64,000 bases of DNA from an uncultured Candidatus Saccharibacteria bacterium. GTDB taxonomy: Bacteria; Patescibacteriota; Doudnabacteria; UBA920. The notes beneath the pieces are model-generated. The model was not told where the DNA came from. It was given only the letters and a program-made list of their open reading frames with translations, and ran no database searches. The position numbers were made by a program, and so were the translations under genes. Position 1 is the stretch's first letter. Each line of letters begins with the position of its first letter. The stretch covers positions 83,740-147,739 of the forward strand of contig CAZHIA010000004.1 in NCBI GenBank assembly GCA_964532425.1. Direction: 5' to 3'. This document shows positions 28,880 through 36,893 of the stretch, in pieces.

Positions 28880-29246
28880 AAATCTTCTCTAATTGGCTAA
28901 CGTCTATCGGCGTATCAGTCTTGTCCGCAATAATCTTAAGCCACTTAGCGAGCAAAGCATCACGCTGCTTGAGCTCTACATAACGTCTTTCAGATAATTC
29001 CAGATAGTTATTAACATTGCTGTTTAAAGCTTGCATTTGATGTTTTAGCTCACCTATGTCCTGCTTTATGCCTCCTATCTCCTGCTTCATTCCGCCAATC
29101 TCTTGTTTTATACCACCTATTTCTTGTTTTATGCCGCCAATCTCTTGTTTTATGCCGCCTATTTCTTCTCCGACATGTTCAAAACCCTGGGACACCATTA
29201 CAGCCAGGTCGTCAATTGTCATGGGTTTTTGATTATTGTCTGTCAC
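28878..29246 (-). CDS. Small heptad-repeat coiled-coil protein
   Basis: MTIDDLAVMVSQGF head; EIGG(I/M)KQ five times. Confidence 0.8.
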   Translation of the reverse strand: MTDNNQKPMTIDDLAVMVSQGFEHVGEEIGGIKQEIGGIKQEIGGIKQEIGGMKQEIGGIKQDIGELKHQMQALNSNVNNYLELSERRYVELKQRDALLAKWLKIIADKTDTPIDVSQLEKI

Positions 29247-29295
29247 AGCTCTATCTTAGACGGTTTTATGAGAAAAATCAAACAAGTAAAGAATA

Positions 29296-29340
29296 TAAAA
29301 AGCCTCGGGTGATCAAATCTATAACGATCGCCCGAAGCTC
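29296..29340 (-). terminator. Intrinsic terminator/hairpin
   Basis: Minus strand gcttcgggcgatc-loop-gatcacccgaggc-ttttt. Confidence 0.65.
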
Positions 29341-29346
29341 AATGGG

Positions 29347-29811
29347 TTAACAGGCTACCAACCAACGGAAATCTTGTTCCTCCCAGTCATGATGGCCAGT
29401 GCCGGTCCAGCGAAAGCCCGGATGCCACTTCTCCTTATTTTCTGATATCACCGGAAACCGGTCATGTTCTCCGTCATCCTTGTCCGCCGGTGTCCAGGAA
29501 GGGTCAGCATATCCGACCGAACCCTTGCCGTCACACTGAGGGAAAGCCAGACGAAACGCCTCTAACCAGTGCCCATCGGGCAGGTGCCGTTTCCCGAATT
29601 TTTCCCGGATCTCGTGCAAATTACCGCGGAAACCCATTCTGACCAGCTTAAAACGGCGGGTCTGTGTCTCTTCAATTTCCCGTCCTTTGTATTTCCAATC
29701 CTTGGGACGGTACCCGTACGCAGCTGAGATTTTGTCGGCGGAAACCGGGTTTAGGGTGAGCTCGAAAACAACACCATCGGCGGGAACAGGATTACTGCCA
29801 GCCTTAGCCAT
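29347..29811 (-). CDS. Hypothetical protein (possible C-type-lectin-like fold)
   Basis: AAAGGAGGT SD before MAKAG; Trp-rich C-terminus FPV..F.W..W..RWLVAC. Confidence 0.7.
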   Translation of the reverse strand: MAKAGSNPVPADGVVFELTLNPVSADKISAAYGYRPKDWKYKGREIEETQTRRFKLVRMGFRGNLHEIREKFGKRHLPDGHWLEAFRLAFPQCDGKGSVGYADPSWTPADKDDGEHDRFPVISENKEKWHPGFRWTGTGHHDWEEQDFRWLVAC

Positions 29812-29854
29812 ACAACACCTCCTTTGGTTTTTAACAGAATTAAAACAATATCCA

Positions 29855-29883
29855 ATTATAGGACTCACGATAAAGGCTGTCAA
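29855..29883 (-). promoter_or_regulatory. Consensus sigma70 promoter
   Basis: TTGACA-N17-TATAAT. Confidence 0.8.
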
Positions 29884-29958
29884 TCGACAGTTTTCGTCTT
29901 GGCGGGAATATGGTTTTTCAGGTATAATATTATGGAAATATCAGGGAGTAAAAACCAT

Positions 29959-30035
29959 GCACCCGTAGCTCATTTGGATAGAGCGCCTGGCTTCGAACCA
30001 GGAGGTAGGGAGTTCGAATCTCTCCGGGTGCACCA
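29959..30035 (+). tRNA. tRNA-Arg(UCG)
   Basis: GCACCCG acceptor stem, cctgg-cttcgaa-ccagg anticodon arm, GTTCGAATC, encoded CCA. Confidence 0.95.
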
Positions 30036-30047
30036 GTGACACAGGGG

Positions 30048-30076
30048 TTGCTATTTTCGGCTGAGTATGATAGAAT
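30048..30076 (+). promoter_or_regulatory. Sigma70 promoter upstream of the tRNA-Lys region
   Basis: TTGCTA-N17-TAGAAT with TG extension. Confidence 0.6.
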
Positions 30077-30105
30077 AGCAAAGCAAATCATCCAAACGTA
30101 CATTT

Positions 30106-30172
30106 GGGTCGGTAGCTCCCACCTACGCTAAACCTGCCTACCGGCAGGCAGGGCTTCGGTGGGCAGGCAGTC
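30106..30172 (+). pseudogene. 5' fragment of tRNA-Lys interrupted by nested palindromes
   Basis: GGGTCGGTAGCTC [50-nt insert] AGTC equals the first 17 nt of the tRNA at 30257. Confidence 0.65.
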
Positions 30173-30256
30173 TTCTCCTTCGCCATCTTACGCTTCAAAA
30201 GATTTTTCTCACTTTTCGATCGTTCGATGGAACATACAATTTAGTCCATATTTTAT

Positions 30257-30332
30257 GGGTCGGTAGCTCAGTCGGTAGAGCATCTGCCTCTTAAGCAGGG
30301 TGTCGTGGGTTCGATCCCCACCCGACCCACCA
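30257..30332 (+). tRNA. tRNA-Lys(CUU)
   Basis: GGGTCGG acceptor stem, tctgc-ctcttaa-gcagg anticodon arm, GGTTCGATCC, encoded CCA. Confidence 0.95.
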
Positions 30333-30367
30333 AAAAATATACCACCTATGGGGTGGTATATTTTTTA
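30332..30367. terminator. Bidirectional terminator between tRNA and pil operon
   Basis: aaaaaatataccacc-tatgg-ggtggtatatttttt. Confidence 0.8.
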
Positions 30368-30389
30368 TTGAATGGTATGAGAATCTGTA

Positions 30390-30704
30390 TTACTTCTGCC
30401 CCGGAACGAAGAATGGGTTCGGCAGGTCCGGCGTGGTGGTCGCTTCATACCCCACACCCGCCTGCAGGCGCTGGATCGCTTTGTCGTAACTGGCAAAATT
30501 AACGCGCACCCCCTGGGCTGACTTCACCACTGTCTCCCCTGCAGTCCGGGAAGTCAATACCAAGTTCACCGTATTTTTTATGGACATTGCCTCGAAAGCC
30601 AATAAAAACAACAACGCCGCGACAAACAGAATGCCGATGTTGTTCTTGATCCGGTTAGCTACTCCCGAAAGATGGAGGAAAGAAAAAGATGATCCGATAG
30701 ACAT
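30390..30704 (-). CDS. Small pil-operon membrane protein (PilP position)
   Basis: Single TM, C-terminal PNPF; follows pilO. Confidence 0.65.
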   Translation of the reverse strand: MSIGSSFSFLHLSGVANRIKNNIGILFVAALLFLLAFEAMSIKNTVNLVLTSRTAGETVVKSAQGVRVNFASYDKAIQRLQAGVGYEATTTPDLPNPFFVPGQK

Positions 30705-30710
30705 ACGACC

Positions 30711-31262
30711 TTATTTTTTAATATAAAAATTGGCGCCGAGCGTAATGTTGACTTTGCTGTTTGCCGCACCGCTGACGTTTACCGTTGAAACGTTGGTGAT
30801 GAAATCCAGGTTCTCCAAAGACTCGACAAACGCAACCGTATGGGAAAAATCGCCGACGACAGTCAAGTTGCATGGAATAGCCGCAAGGCTCGAACTCGTC
30901 TTGGCTTTGGCAGCTGACTGGGCGGTGCCGGAAACTCCGGTCAAGGTCACTGCGACATCAAGGTCCTTCCCCAACTGTTCGATGGTCCTAATCTCATTGA
31001 CCAAGGTTACATCCTTGCTAAAGAACGAGTCAGGTTGAATCGGTTTTGATTGCAGTTCCTGCAGGTCTTTCTTGGCTTTCTGATAGCTGTCGCGCTCGGC
31101 TTTGATGACGGACAATATATGGCGCTTGTCGCCGATGTTGCTGACCAGCAGCTGGTTGGAATTATCGAGAATATGGAAAAAGTACATGAACATGCTCGCA
31201 CATGCCACCACCCAAACTGCCACCCCGACATAGATTTTATTTTTTGCTGACATGAATCCCAT
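30711..31262 (-). CDS. pilO: Type IV pilus assembly protein PilO-like
   Basis: TM + coiled coil + LTVVGDFSHTVAFVESLENL; synteny. Confidence 0.8.
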   Translation of the reverse strand: MGFMSAKNKIYVGVAVWVVACASMFMYFFHILDNSNQLLVSNIGDKRHILSVIKAERDSYQKAKKDLQELQSKPIQPDSFFSKDVTLVNEIRTIEQLGKDLDVAVTLTGVSGTAQSAAKAKTSSSLAAIPCNLTVVGDFSHTVAFVESLENLDFITNVSTVNVSGAANSKVNITLGANFYIKK

Positions 31263-31270
31263 ATGATTTG

Positions 31271-31825
31271 CTATCTAAGCAGGCTGTCTTGAATGGTAAA
31301 CGTGAAGTGGAATGTCACATCAGTCGCTTTGGCGACGTTTTCCAGCGGATAATCCACTTTGGTAAAATGATCCTTATCGTTCAGGATATTATTATACAAT
31401 TGAATGACCAATTCACGCGTAGGACTGAACCCGTGAATGGTGACCGTCTTGCTAGTCGCATCTGCCTGTAGTGAATTGATTCTGATCCCCTCCGGAGGCA
31501 ACACGGCGAACGCTTTGATGACTTTGGACCAATGGGGAGCATTTACTCCCATGTTCGTGTAGTCATTGATCAGGTTGTTGGCTACGGTAATCTGCTGCCG
31601 AATACCAGTTGCATCTTCCTGGTTAACCTGCTGCTGCAACTGCTCGGACTCCTGCTGGACCGCCACGATCTCATTCTGCAAATAATACTTGGCGGCTGCC
31701 TGGGCGCCGAAGACCAGCCCGAAACTGCACATGGACAGCACAAAAAAGGCGATGAAGCTGTGCCAAACGCGTTCGTACTTCAGCTCGCGTTGCTTTGTTT
31801 TTGGAAGAAGGTTAATGATGTGCAT
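31271..31825 (-). CDS. pilN: Type IV pilus assembly protein PilN-like
   Basis: IINLLP N-terminal motif, TM, coiled coil, WS..LPPEGIRINSL. Confidence 0.88.
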   Translation of the reverse strand: MHIINLLPKTKQRELKYERVWHSFIAFFVLSMCSFGLVFGAQAAAKYYLQNEIVAVQQESEQLQQQVNQEDATGIRQQITVANNLINDYTNMGVNAPHWSKVIKAFAVLPPEGIRINSLQADATSKTVTIHGFSPTRELVIQLYNNILNDKDHFTKVDYPLENVAKATDVTFHFTFTIQDSLLR

Positions 31826-31838
31826 AATTGTTTAAACC

Positions 31839-31912
31839 AACATGTAACCTTTGACAATTGACATCTGACAATTCAAACATGGTCACAGGTCAAAGGTTAA
31901 TTGTCAAATGTT
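31839..31912. repeat. 7-nt periodic inverted-repeat element (empty) between pilM and pilN
   Basis: aacatgt aaccttt gacaatt gacatct gacaatt - aggtcaa aggttaa ttgtcaa atgtt. Confidence 0.75.
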
Positions 31913-31923
31913 TCTATAATATT

Positions 31924-32982
31924 CTATTCAAGAAAATTCACTCCCCTCATGGCCAGGCCGATGGCTGTCGTAAAACTTAATGCGTCATCAGCCGGCATAG
32001 GAATTTTCTGCAGCCCGCCCACGTTCTTCCAGGGATTAGACAATTCCACGGTGAGTCCGGGAATGCTGGAAAATTCAGGACCTAAATACTCGGCCAAAAA
32101 TTGGATGCGGGCACCGCCTCCGGTAAGGAGTATCTTGCTAACCTGCTTCTCGGAGTGCTCCGCGTGGAATTTTAGAATATTTTTTATTTCGGCGCTCAAA
32201 TTGTTCAGAACTGGTAGTAGGGTGGTTTTGATATTGGGATACTCGGTAGTATTGGCTATGCCGACTTTTTTCTTGATCATTTCAGCTTTCGCGCTCGACA
32301 CCCCCAGACTCCGGGCAATACACTCCGTAAAGGTCGTGCCGGCAACCGGAATGCTGGAGGTAAATTGCAGCTGGCCGTCTTCGACCATAATCAGGCTCGT
32401 CCGGGTACCGGCCATGTCCACGATCAGCAAGGTTTCCTGCTGGTGACTGTCTACCAATGCGCGATGACAGCTCTGGGATTCCACTTCGAACGCTACAATG
32501 CGCAAACCGGCTTTCTCTAAAATATCCAAGTAAATATCAACGTACTCTTTGGGTGATGCGATGATCAACACGTTCATTTTGTCCCCTACCTTGCCCAAGA
32601 TTTCCCAGTCCAGATACACCTGGTCAATAGGCAGCGGAATGAAATTCTCAGCTTCAAACGGCACGGCGCTTTCCGCATCGCTCTCGCTCATGACCGGTAT
32701 CTGAATGACACGGACGAACGACTTTGATTCGGGCAGACTGGCTACGGCATGCCTGGTATTCACAAGACCGAACTGCGGCTTATCCAGCGCCTGTTCCAAC
32801 AAATGCGTGAATGTCTTAATATCCGCCACGGCATCCCCCACAATCACGCCTTTCGGCAGGGCCGCGTCGGAAAAATTCTTGACCGAAAGCGCGCCCGGCT
32901 TGCCTTCCAACTGGAGCATCTTCAAAGAGCTGCCGCTCACATCGAGCCCGAACGCTTGTTCAGATTTTGAGAAAAATTCCAT
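31924..32982 (-). CDS. pilM: Type IV pilus assembly protein PilM
   Basis: FGLDVSGSSLK, EAENFIPLP, VDMAGTRT, LTGGGA, NPW, AIGLAMR. Confidence 0.95.
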   Translation of the reverse strand: MEFFSKSEQAFGLDVSGSSLKMLQLEGKPGALSVKNFSDAALPKGVIVGDAVADIKTFTHLLEQALDKPQFGLVNTRHAVASLPESKSFVRVIQIPVMSESDAESAVPFEAENFIPLPIDQVYLDWEILGKVGDKMNVLIIASPKEYVDIYLDILEKAGLRIVAFEVESQSCHRALVDSHQQETLLIVDMAGTRTSLIMVEDGQLQFTSSIPVAGTTFTECIARSLGVSSAKAEMIKKKVGIANTTEYPNIKTTLLPVLNNLSAEIKNILKFHAEHSEKQVSKILLTGGGARIQFLAEYLGPEFSSIPGLTVELSNPWKNVGGLQKIPMPADDALSFTTAIGLAMRGVNFLE

Positions 32983-33074
32983 ATGTATGATCCTAATAAC
33001 CCGAAATACCACCCAAATAATCTGCAGTAAATTTTGTCAATTTTACTTAATTTTATTTAATTTTGCTCAATTCC

Positions 33075-34286
33075 CTACTGTATGTTCTGCCCAATGCTGT
33101 AAATTGGAATAATAAGCGCATACGCCAGCATACCTACCACCCCGCCAATAACCAAGAGCAGCAGAGGCTCGATAATGGACGACATGTTGCGCAGCGTGGT
33201 ATCCACTTCCTCTTCGTAATGATCGGCTATCTGTTCCAAAATGGTGGCCACCGTGCCGCTCTCCTCCCCCACCTGCAGCATCTGGACCACCAATATCGGA
33301 AACAGGTTGGTGTCCTTGCCGAGTGAGTCGCTCAACGCCTTGCCCAACCTCACGTCTCCCGCAGCTTTGGCAGTCAGATCCTTATAAAAGGTGTTACCCA
33401 TGGAATCACTAGATACCTCCAAACTTTGGACAATAGGGACTCCGCTGTTCAGTAAAGAACTCAAAATGCGGGCGTACCGGGCCAGGTTGATCTTTTTTAC
33501 GATGGTATTGATAATGTAAAAATGCAGTAAGAAAAAATCCAGAGCGCGCTTGCCGGGCGGGGTTTTCAGCCCCGCAAGGAATCCCAGGACCAAGGCAACC
33601 AGCAGGACAACCACCATGATCGCGTGGGCTTGCATAAAATCGGCAAACGTCATGAGCACTTTGGTGGCGTAGGGCAGCTCCCCGCCGAAATCCTTAAATA
33701 CCGAGGTCAGCTTCGGCAGGACATAAATGGACATCACTACGCCAATGATGACCATGGCTCCGACAATGACCGAAGGATAAATCATGGCGCCTTTGGTCTT
33801 GGACTTCAAATCCTCCTCGCGCTGCAATTGCACCGTCAGGTACTCCAGGCTTTTTTCCAAATTACCGGAAATTTCCCCCACGCGCACCATACTGACAAAA
33901 ATGTTGGAAAAGACACCCGGGAATTTGGACAATGCTTCGGAAAGGCCCTTGCCCGATTCGACAGCCGTGTGAATATCGGAAATAATAATCTTGAATCGCG
34001 GGTTGCGCGTCTGTTTAGCCAAAATTTGCAGAGACCGGCTTACGGAGATACTTGCCTTCATCATGATCCCCAGGTTCTGAATGAAGCCGATCTTTTCCTT
34101 CAGCGAAATGCTGGAGAACGTTTTCAGAAATTCCCACGCCGATCCTTTCTTGTGCTCGCTGATCTCCGTCGGCAACAGCCCTTGCTCCTTCAGCAAATGC
34201 CCGGCCACGGTAATATTAGGAGCCTGGATAACCGCGCTCTCCTTGTGTCCATCCTTGGCTAAGGCTGTGTAGGTAAATTCAGGCAT
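33075..34286 (-). CDS. pilC: Type IV pilus platform protein PilC (GspF family)
   Basis: VGEISGNL, AMIYP, VGEESG, IIEP..LIIPIY. Confidence 0.95.
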   Translation of the reverse strand: MPEFTYTALAKDGHKESAVIQAPNITVAGHLLKEQGLLPTEISEHKKGSAWEFLKTFSSISLKEKIGFIQNLGIMMKASISVSRSLQILAKQTRNPRFKIIISDIHTAVESGKGLSEALSKFPGVFSNIFVSMVRVGEISGNLEKSLEYLTVQLQREEDLKSKTKGAMIYPSVIVGAMVIIGVVMSIYVLPKLTSVFKDFGGELPYATKVLMTFADFMQAHAIMVVVLLVALVLGFLAGLKTPPGKRALDFFLLHFYIINTIVKKINLARYARILSSLLNSGVPIVQSLEVSSDSMGNTFYKDLTAKAAGDVRLGKALSDSLGKDTNLFPILVVQMLQVGEESGTVATILEQIADHYEEEVDTTLRNMSSIIEPLLLLVIGGVVGMLAYALIIPIYSIGQNIQ

Positions 34287-34288
34287 AG

Positions 34289-34770
34289 GTCTACAAAAAC
34301 TACGGAAAATGCTGCCTACGGAAATCTACGGATGCTCCGCAGTATCAATCACATTGTTACTATTTAAAACCCTTCTTGGCCTCAATCTCTGTTCTCGGAA
34401 ATTCACCAGTAATCCCAGTTTATGGCCACTTTGATGCAAATACCGTTTCACTTGAGAATAATGTTCGTCTAACAAAAACGGCACAGTTTTGAATTCAAGG
34501 ACAATTTTATCTTCAACGACAAAGTCAAGAATATTTCCTGAATCCCCAATACGCAATTCTCTCTTATAGGCTTTATTCCTTTCTTTCAACTTCTTCTCGA
34601 ATAAGTCACTGCATTGTTTTTCCCGGGCGTAACAACCTAATTCTTTATGAACTTCTATGAGTAGACCTATCAATTCATAACTCAACTCCCGGTACAAGAA
34701 ATCTTCCCGAAATCTACTGCCTCCTTCCGTAGTTTTCTGTAGATTCGTAGGCATCCGTAGTTTGTGTAGT
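34289..34770 (-). mobile_element. Putative inverted-repeat-bounded GxxExxY element between pilB and pilC
   Basis: ctacaaaaactacggaaaatgctgcctacggaaatctac (left) is the imperfect reverse complement of gtagattcgtaggcatccgtagtttgtgtag (right). Confidence 0.55.
34326..34754 (-). CDS. GxxExxY protein (PD-(D/E)XK nuclease-like)
   Basis: LSYELIG..EVHKELG..EKQ, ILDFVVEDKIVLEFK, QVKRYL..LGLLVNF. Confidence 0.9.
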   Translation of the reverse strand: MPTNLQKTTEGGSRFREDFLYRELSYELIGLLIEVHKELGCYAREKQCSDLFEKKLKERNKAYKRELRIGDSGNILDFVVEDKIVLEFKTVPFLLDEHYSQVKRYLHQSGHKLGLLVNFREQRLRPRRVLNSNNVIDTAEHP

Positions 34771-36525
34771 CTATTCTTTCGATACGCGCAAAATCTCCTC
34801 TATGGTCGTTTGCCCCTGTATGGCCTTAATGAATCCGTCCTCCCACAACGTGATCATACCTTCGGTTTCAGCCTGTTCCTGAATTTCCTGGGCAGTCTTA
34901 TGCTCCATGATCATATCGGCGACTTTCGGCGTCACTTCAAGAATTTCATGAATGCCTACGCGGCCCTTATACCCGCTCTTGTTGCATTTGTCGCAGCCTT
35001 GTCCTTTAAATAATTTCAGTTCCTTCAGGCTTTTGGCTTTTACAATGTTCTCACGGGCCAATACCGGCCAGAGCTTCTCAATATGGAACAGCTTTTCCAG
35101 AGTTTCGATCATGGCTTCGTCCAATTTGGTTGCCGCCTGGCAGTCCTTGCATATGACGCGAACCAGGCGCTGTGCCAGCACGGCATTGACCGTCGATGCG
35201 ATCAGATAAGCCTCAACGCCGATATCAAGCAAGCGGGGCAGGGCCGCCGCTGCGCTGTTGGTGTGCAAAGTAGAAAATACCACGTGTCCGGTCATGGCGG
35301 CATGAACCGCTTCCTCGGCCGTTTCCTGGTCGCGGATTTCACCAATCATAATGATGTTCGGGTCCTGGCGGAGCAGGGCCCGCAGACCCATGGCAAAGGT
35401 CAGTCCTATCTTCGGGTTGACCTGCATCTGGTTGGCGCCGACAATGCGGTATTCCACCGGATCTTCAATGGTGGAAATATTCACGGCTTTAGTGTTCATC
35501 ATGGACAGTACCGTGTACAAGGTCGTAGACTTACCGCTCCCCGTCGGCCCGGTCACCAGCAACATGCCATGAGGCTTTTTGATATTGCGCAGGATCACCT
35601 CAAGTGCCGATTTCTGAAATCCGAGATCTTCCAGGCCTACGGCTTTGGCAGACTCGTCGAGTAAGCGGATAACCACCTTTTCACCGTCGAAGATCGGGAT
35701 CGTAGAAACGCGAAGGCTGAATTTATACCCGTCCTTTTCAATCTTAAAGCGGCCATCCTGCGGCAGGCGGTGTTCATCAATCTTCAAATTGGAAAGTACT
35801 TTAATACGGGCCACGATAGCGGCCTGAATAACTTTAGGCAAAGTCATAACGTCGTGCAGTACGCCGTCAATACGGTACCGCACCATCACGGAATTTTCCT
35901 GCGGTTCGATGTGAATATCGGAAGCATGCTCAAATACGGCATATTCCAGCAGCGTATCAACCACGCGGATGACCGGAATCTCTTCGGCCATCTTCTTCAG
36001 GCCGTCAGCCAGGCTGTCTACGCCTTCCGGGCCGGTCGTTAAGGGCTTGGCTTCCTCGCCCGGCGTGAACAGGTGCTTGATCTCTTTTTCCAAAGACGAG
36101 TGGTACTTGGAAAGGCCGAATTCCAGGCTGGTCTTGCCAATGAGGAACGTCTTTATTCTGAGACCGGTCTTTTTTTGAATGAATTCCCTGGTCTGAATGT
36201 CTTCCGGATCAGTCATAGCTAAAGACAGCTCATCCTTGGTTTTGGCAAAGGAGATGACTTGGTGGCGGTGCGCGATGGGTTCAGGAACCAAATTCAGGAC
36301 GTCTTGTGCAATTTGCTGGGTCTGCAGGTCAATAACCGGCACGGAAAGTGTCTGGCTTTTAACGGTCAACAACTGCTGTTCGGTCAGTGCTTTTTTTTCC
36401 AACAAAAAATCTTCCCACGACGACGCGGTTTTAGCCGAAAGCTTTTCTTTTTCCAGATTTTTCAGCTTATCTTCGGTCAAAACCTGATTTTCTTTCAGCG
36501 CCAGATTGAGTTGGTTTTTATCCAT
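34771..36525 (-). CDS. pilB: Type IV pilus extension ATPase PilB (GspE family)
   Basis: ASDIHIEP, RIDGVL, RLPQDG, GPTGSGKSTT, EDPVE, LRQDP, GEIRD, TGH..STLHTN, CxxC..CxxC. Confidence 0.97.
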   Translation of the reverse strand: MDKNQLNLALKENQVLTEDKLKNLEKEKLSAKTASSWEDFLLEKKALTEQQLLTVKSQTLSVPVIDLQTQQIAQDVLNLVPEPIAHRHQVISFAKTKDELSLAMTDPEDIQTREFIQKKTGLRIKTFLIGKTSLEFGLSKYHSSLEKEIKHLFTPGEEAKPLTTGPEGVDSLADGLKKMAEEIPVIRVVDTLLEYAVFEHASDIHIEPQENSVMVRYRIDGVLHDVMTLPKVIQAAIVARIKVLSNLKIDEHRLPQDGRFKIEKDGYKFSLRVSTIPIFDGEKVVIRLLDESAKAVGLEDLGFQKSALEVILRNIKKPHGMLLVTGPTGSGKSTTLYTVLSMMNTKAVNISTIEDPVEYRIVGANQMQVNPKIGLTFAMGLRALLRQDPNIIMIGEIRDQETAEEAVHAAMTGHVVFSTLHTNSAAAALPRLLDIGVEAYLIASTVNAVLAQRLVRVICKDCQAATKLDEAMIETLEKLFHIEKLWPVLARENIVKAKSLKELKLFKGQGCDKCNKSGYKGRVGIHEILEVTPKVADMIMEHKTAQEIQEQAETEGMITLWEDGFIKAIQGQTTIEEILRVSKE

Positions 36526-36626
36526 TCTAAATTCCCTGGAATTTTTATTGTTTATTTCAGAAATTCCGACTTTTTGCTTTCACATTATACCATATTTGAA
36601 AATTTTAGGAAAATTCTCTTGTTAAG

Positions 36627-36862
36627 AAGTACCCTTTCGTCTCGCTTCGCGAGCCACCTTCCCTATCCGCCAGCTGGCGGAGGGAAGGAATACTGCAGAT
36701 TGCAGTCACTCTCCCCCTTCCCGCAAGTCCGCCGAAGTCCGCCGCGGCGGACGAAGGCGGATAGGGGGAGTACCCTGAGCCTGCCTGCCGGTAGGCAGGC
36801 TTATCGAAGGGGGGAGGAGGTACTTTAGTAATTTTTCTATCCTTCGACAGGCTCAGGACAGG
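36627..36862. repeat. Composite REP-like element with nested short palindromes
   Basis: tccgccagctggcgga, tccgccgcggcgga inside tccgccgaag..cgaaggcgga, cctgcctgccggtaggcagg inside ccctgagc..tcgaaggg, and ccttcgacaggctcagg. Confidence 0.8.
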
Positions 36863-36893
36863 TTCTTTCTATATTTCTATTTTTAAATTGTTT

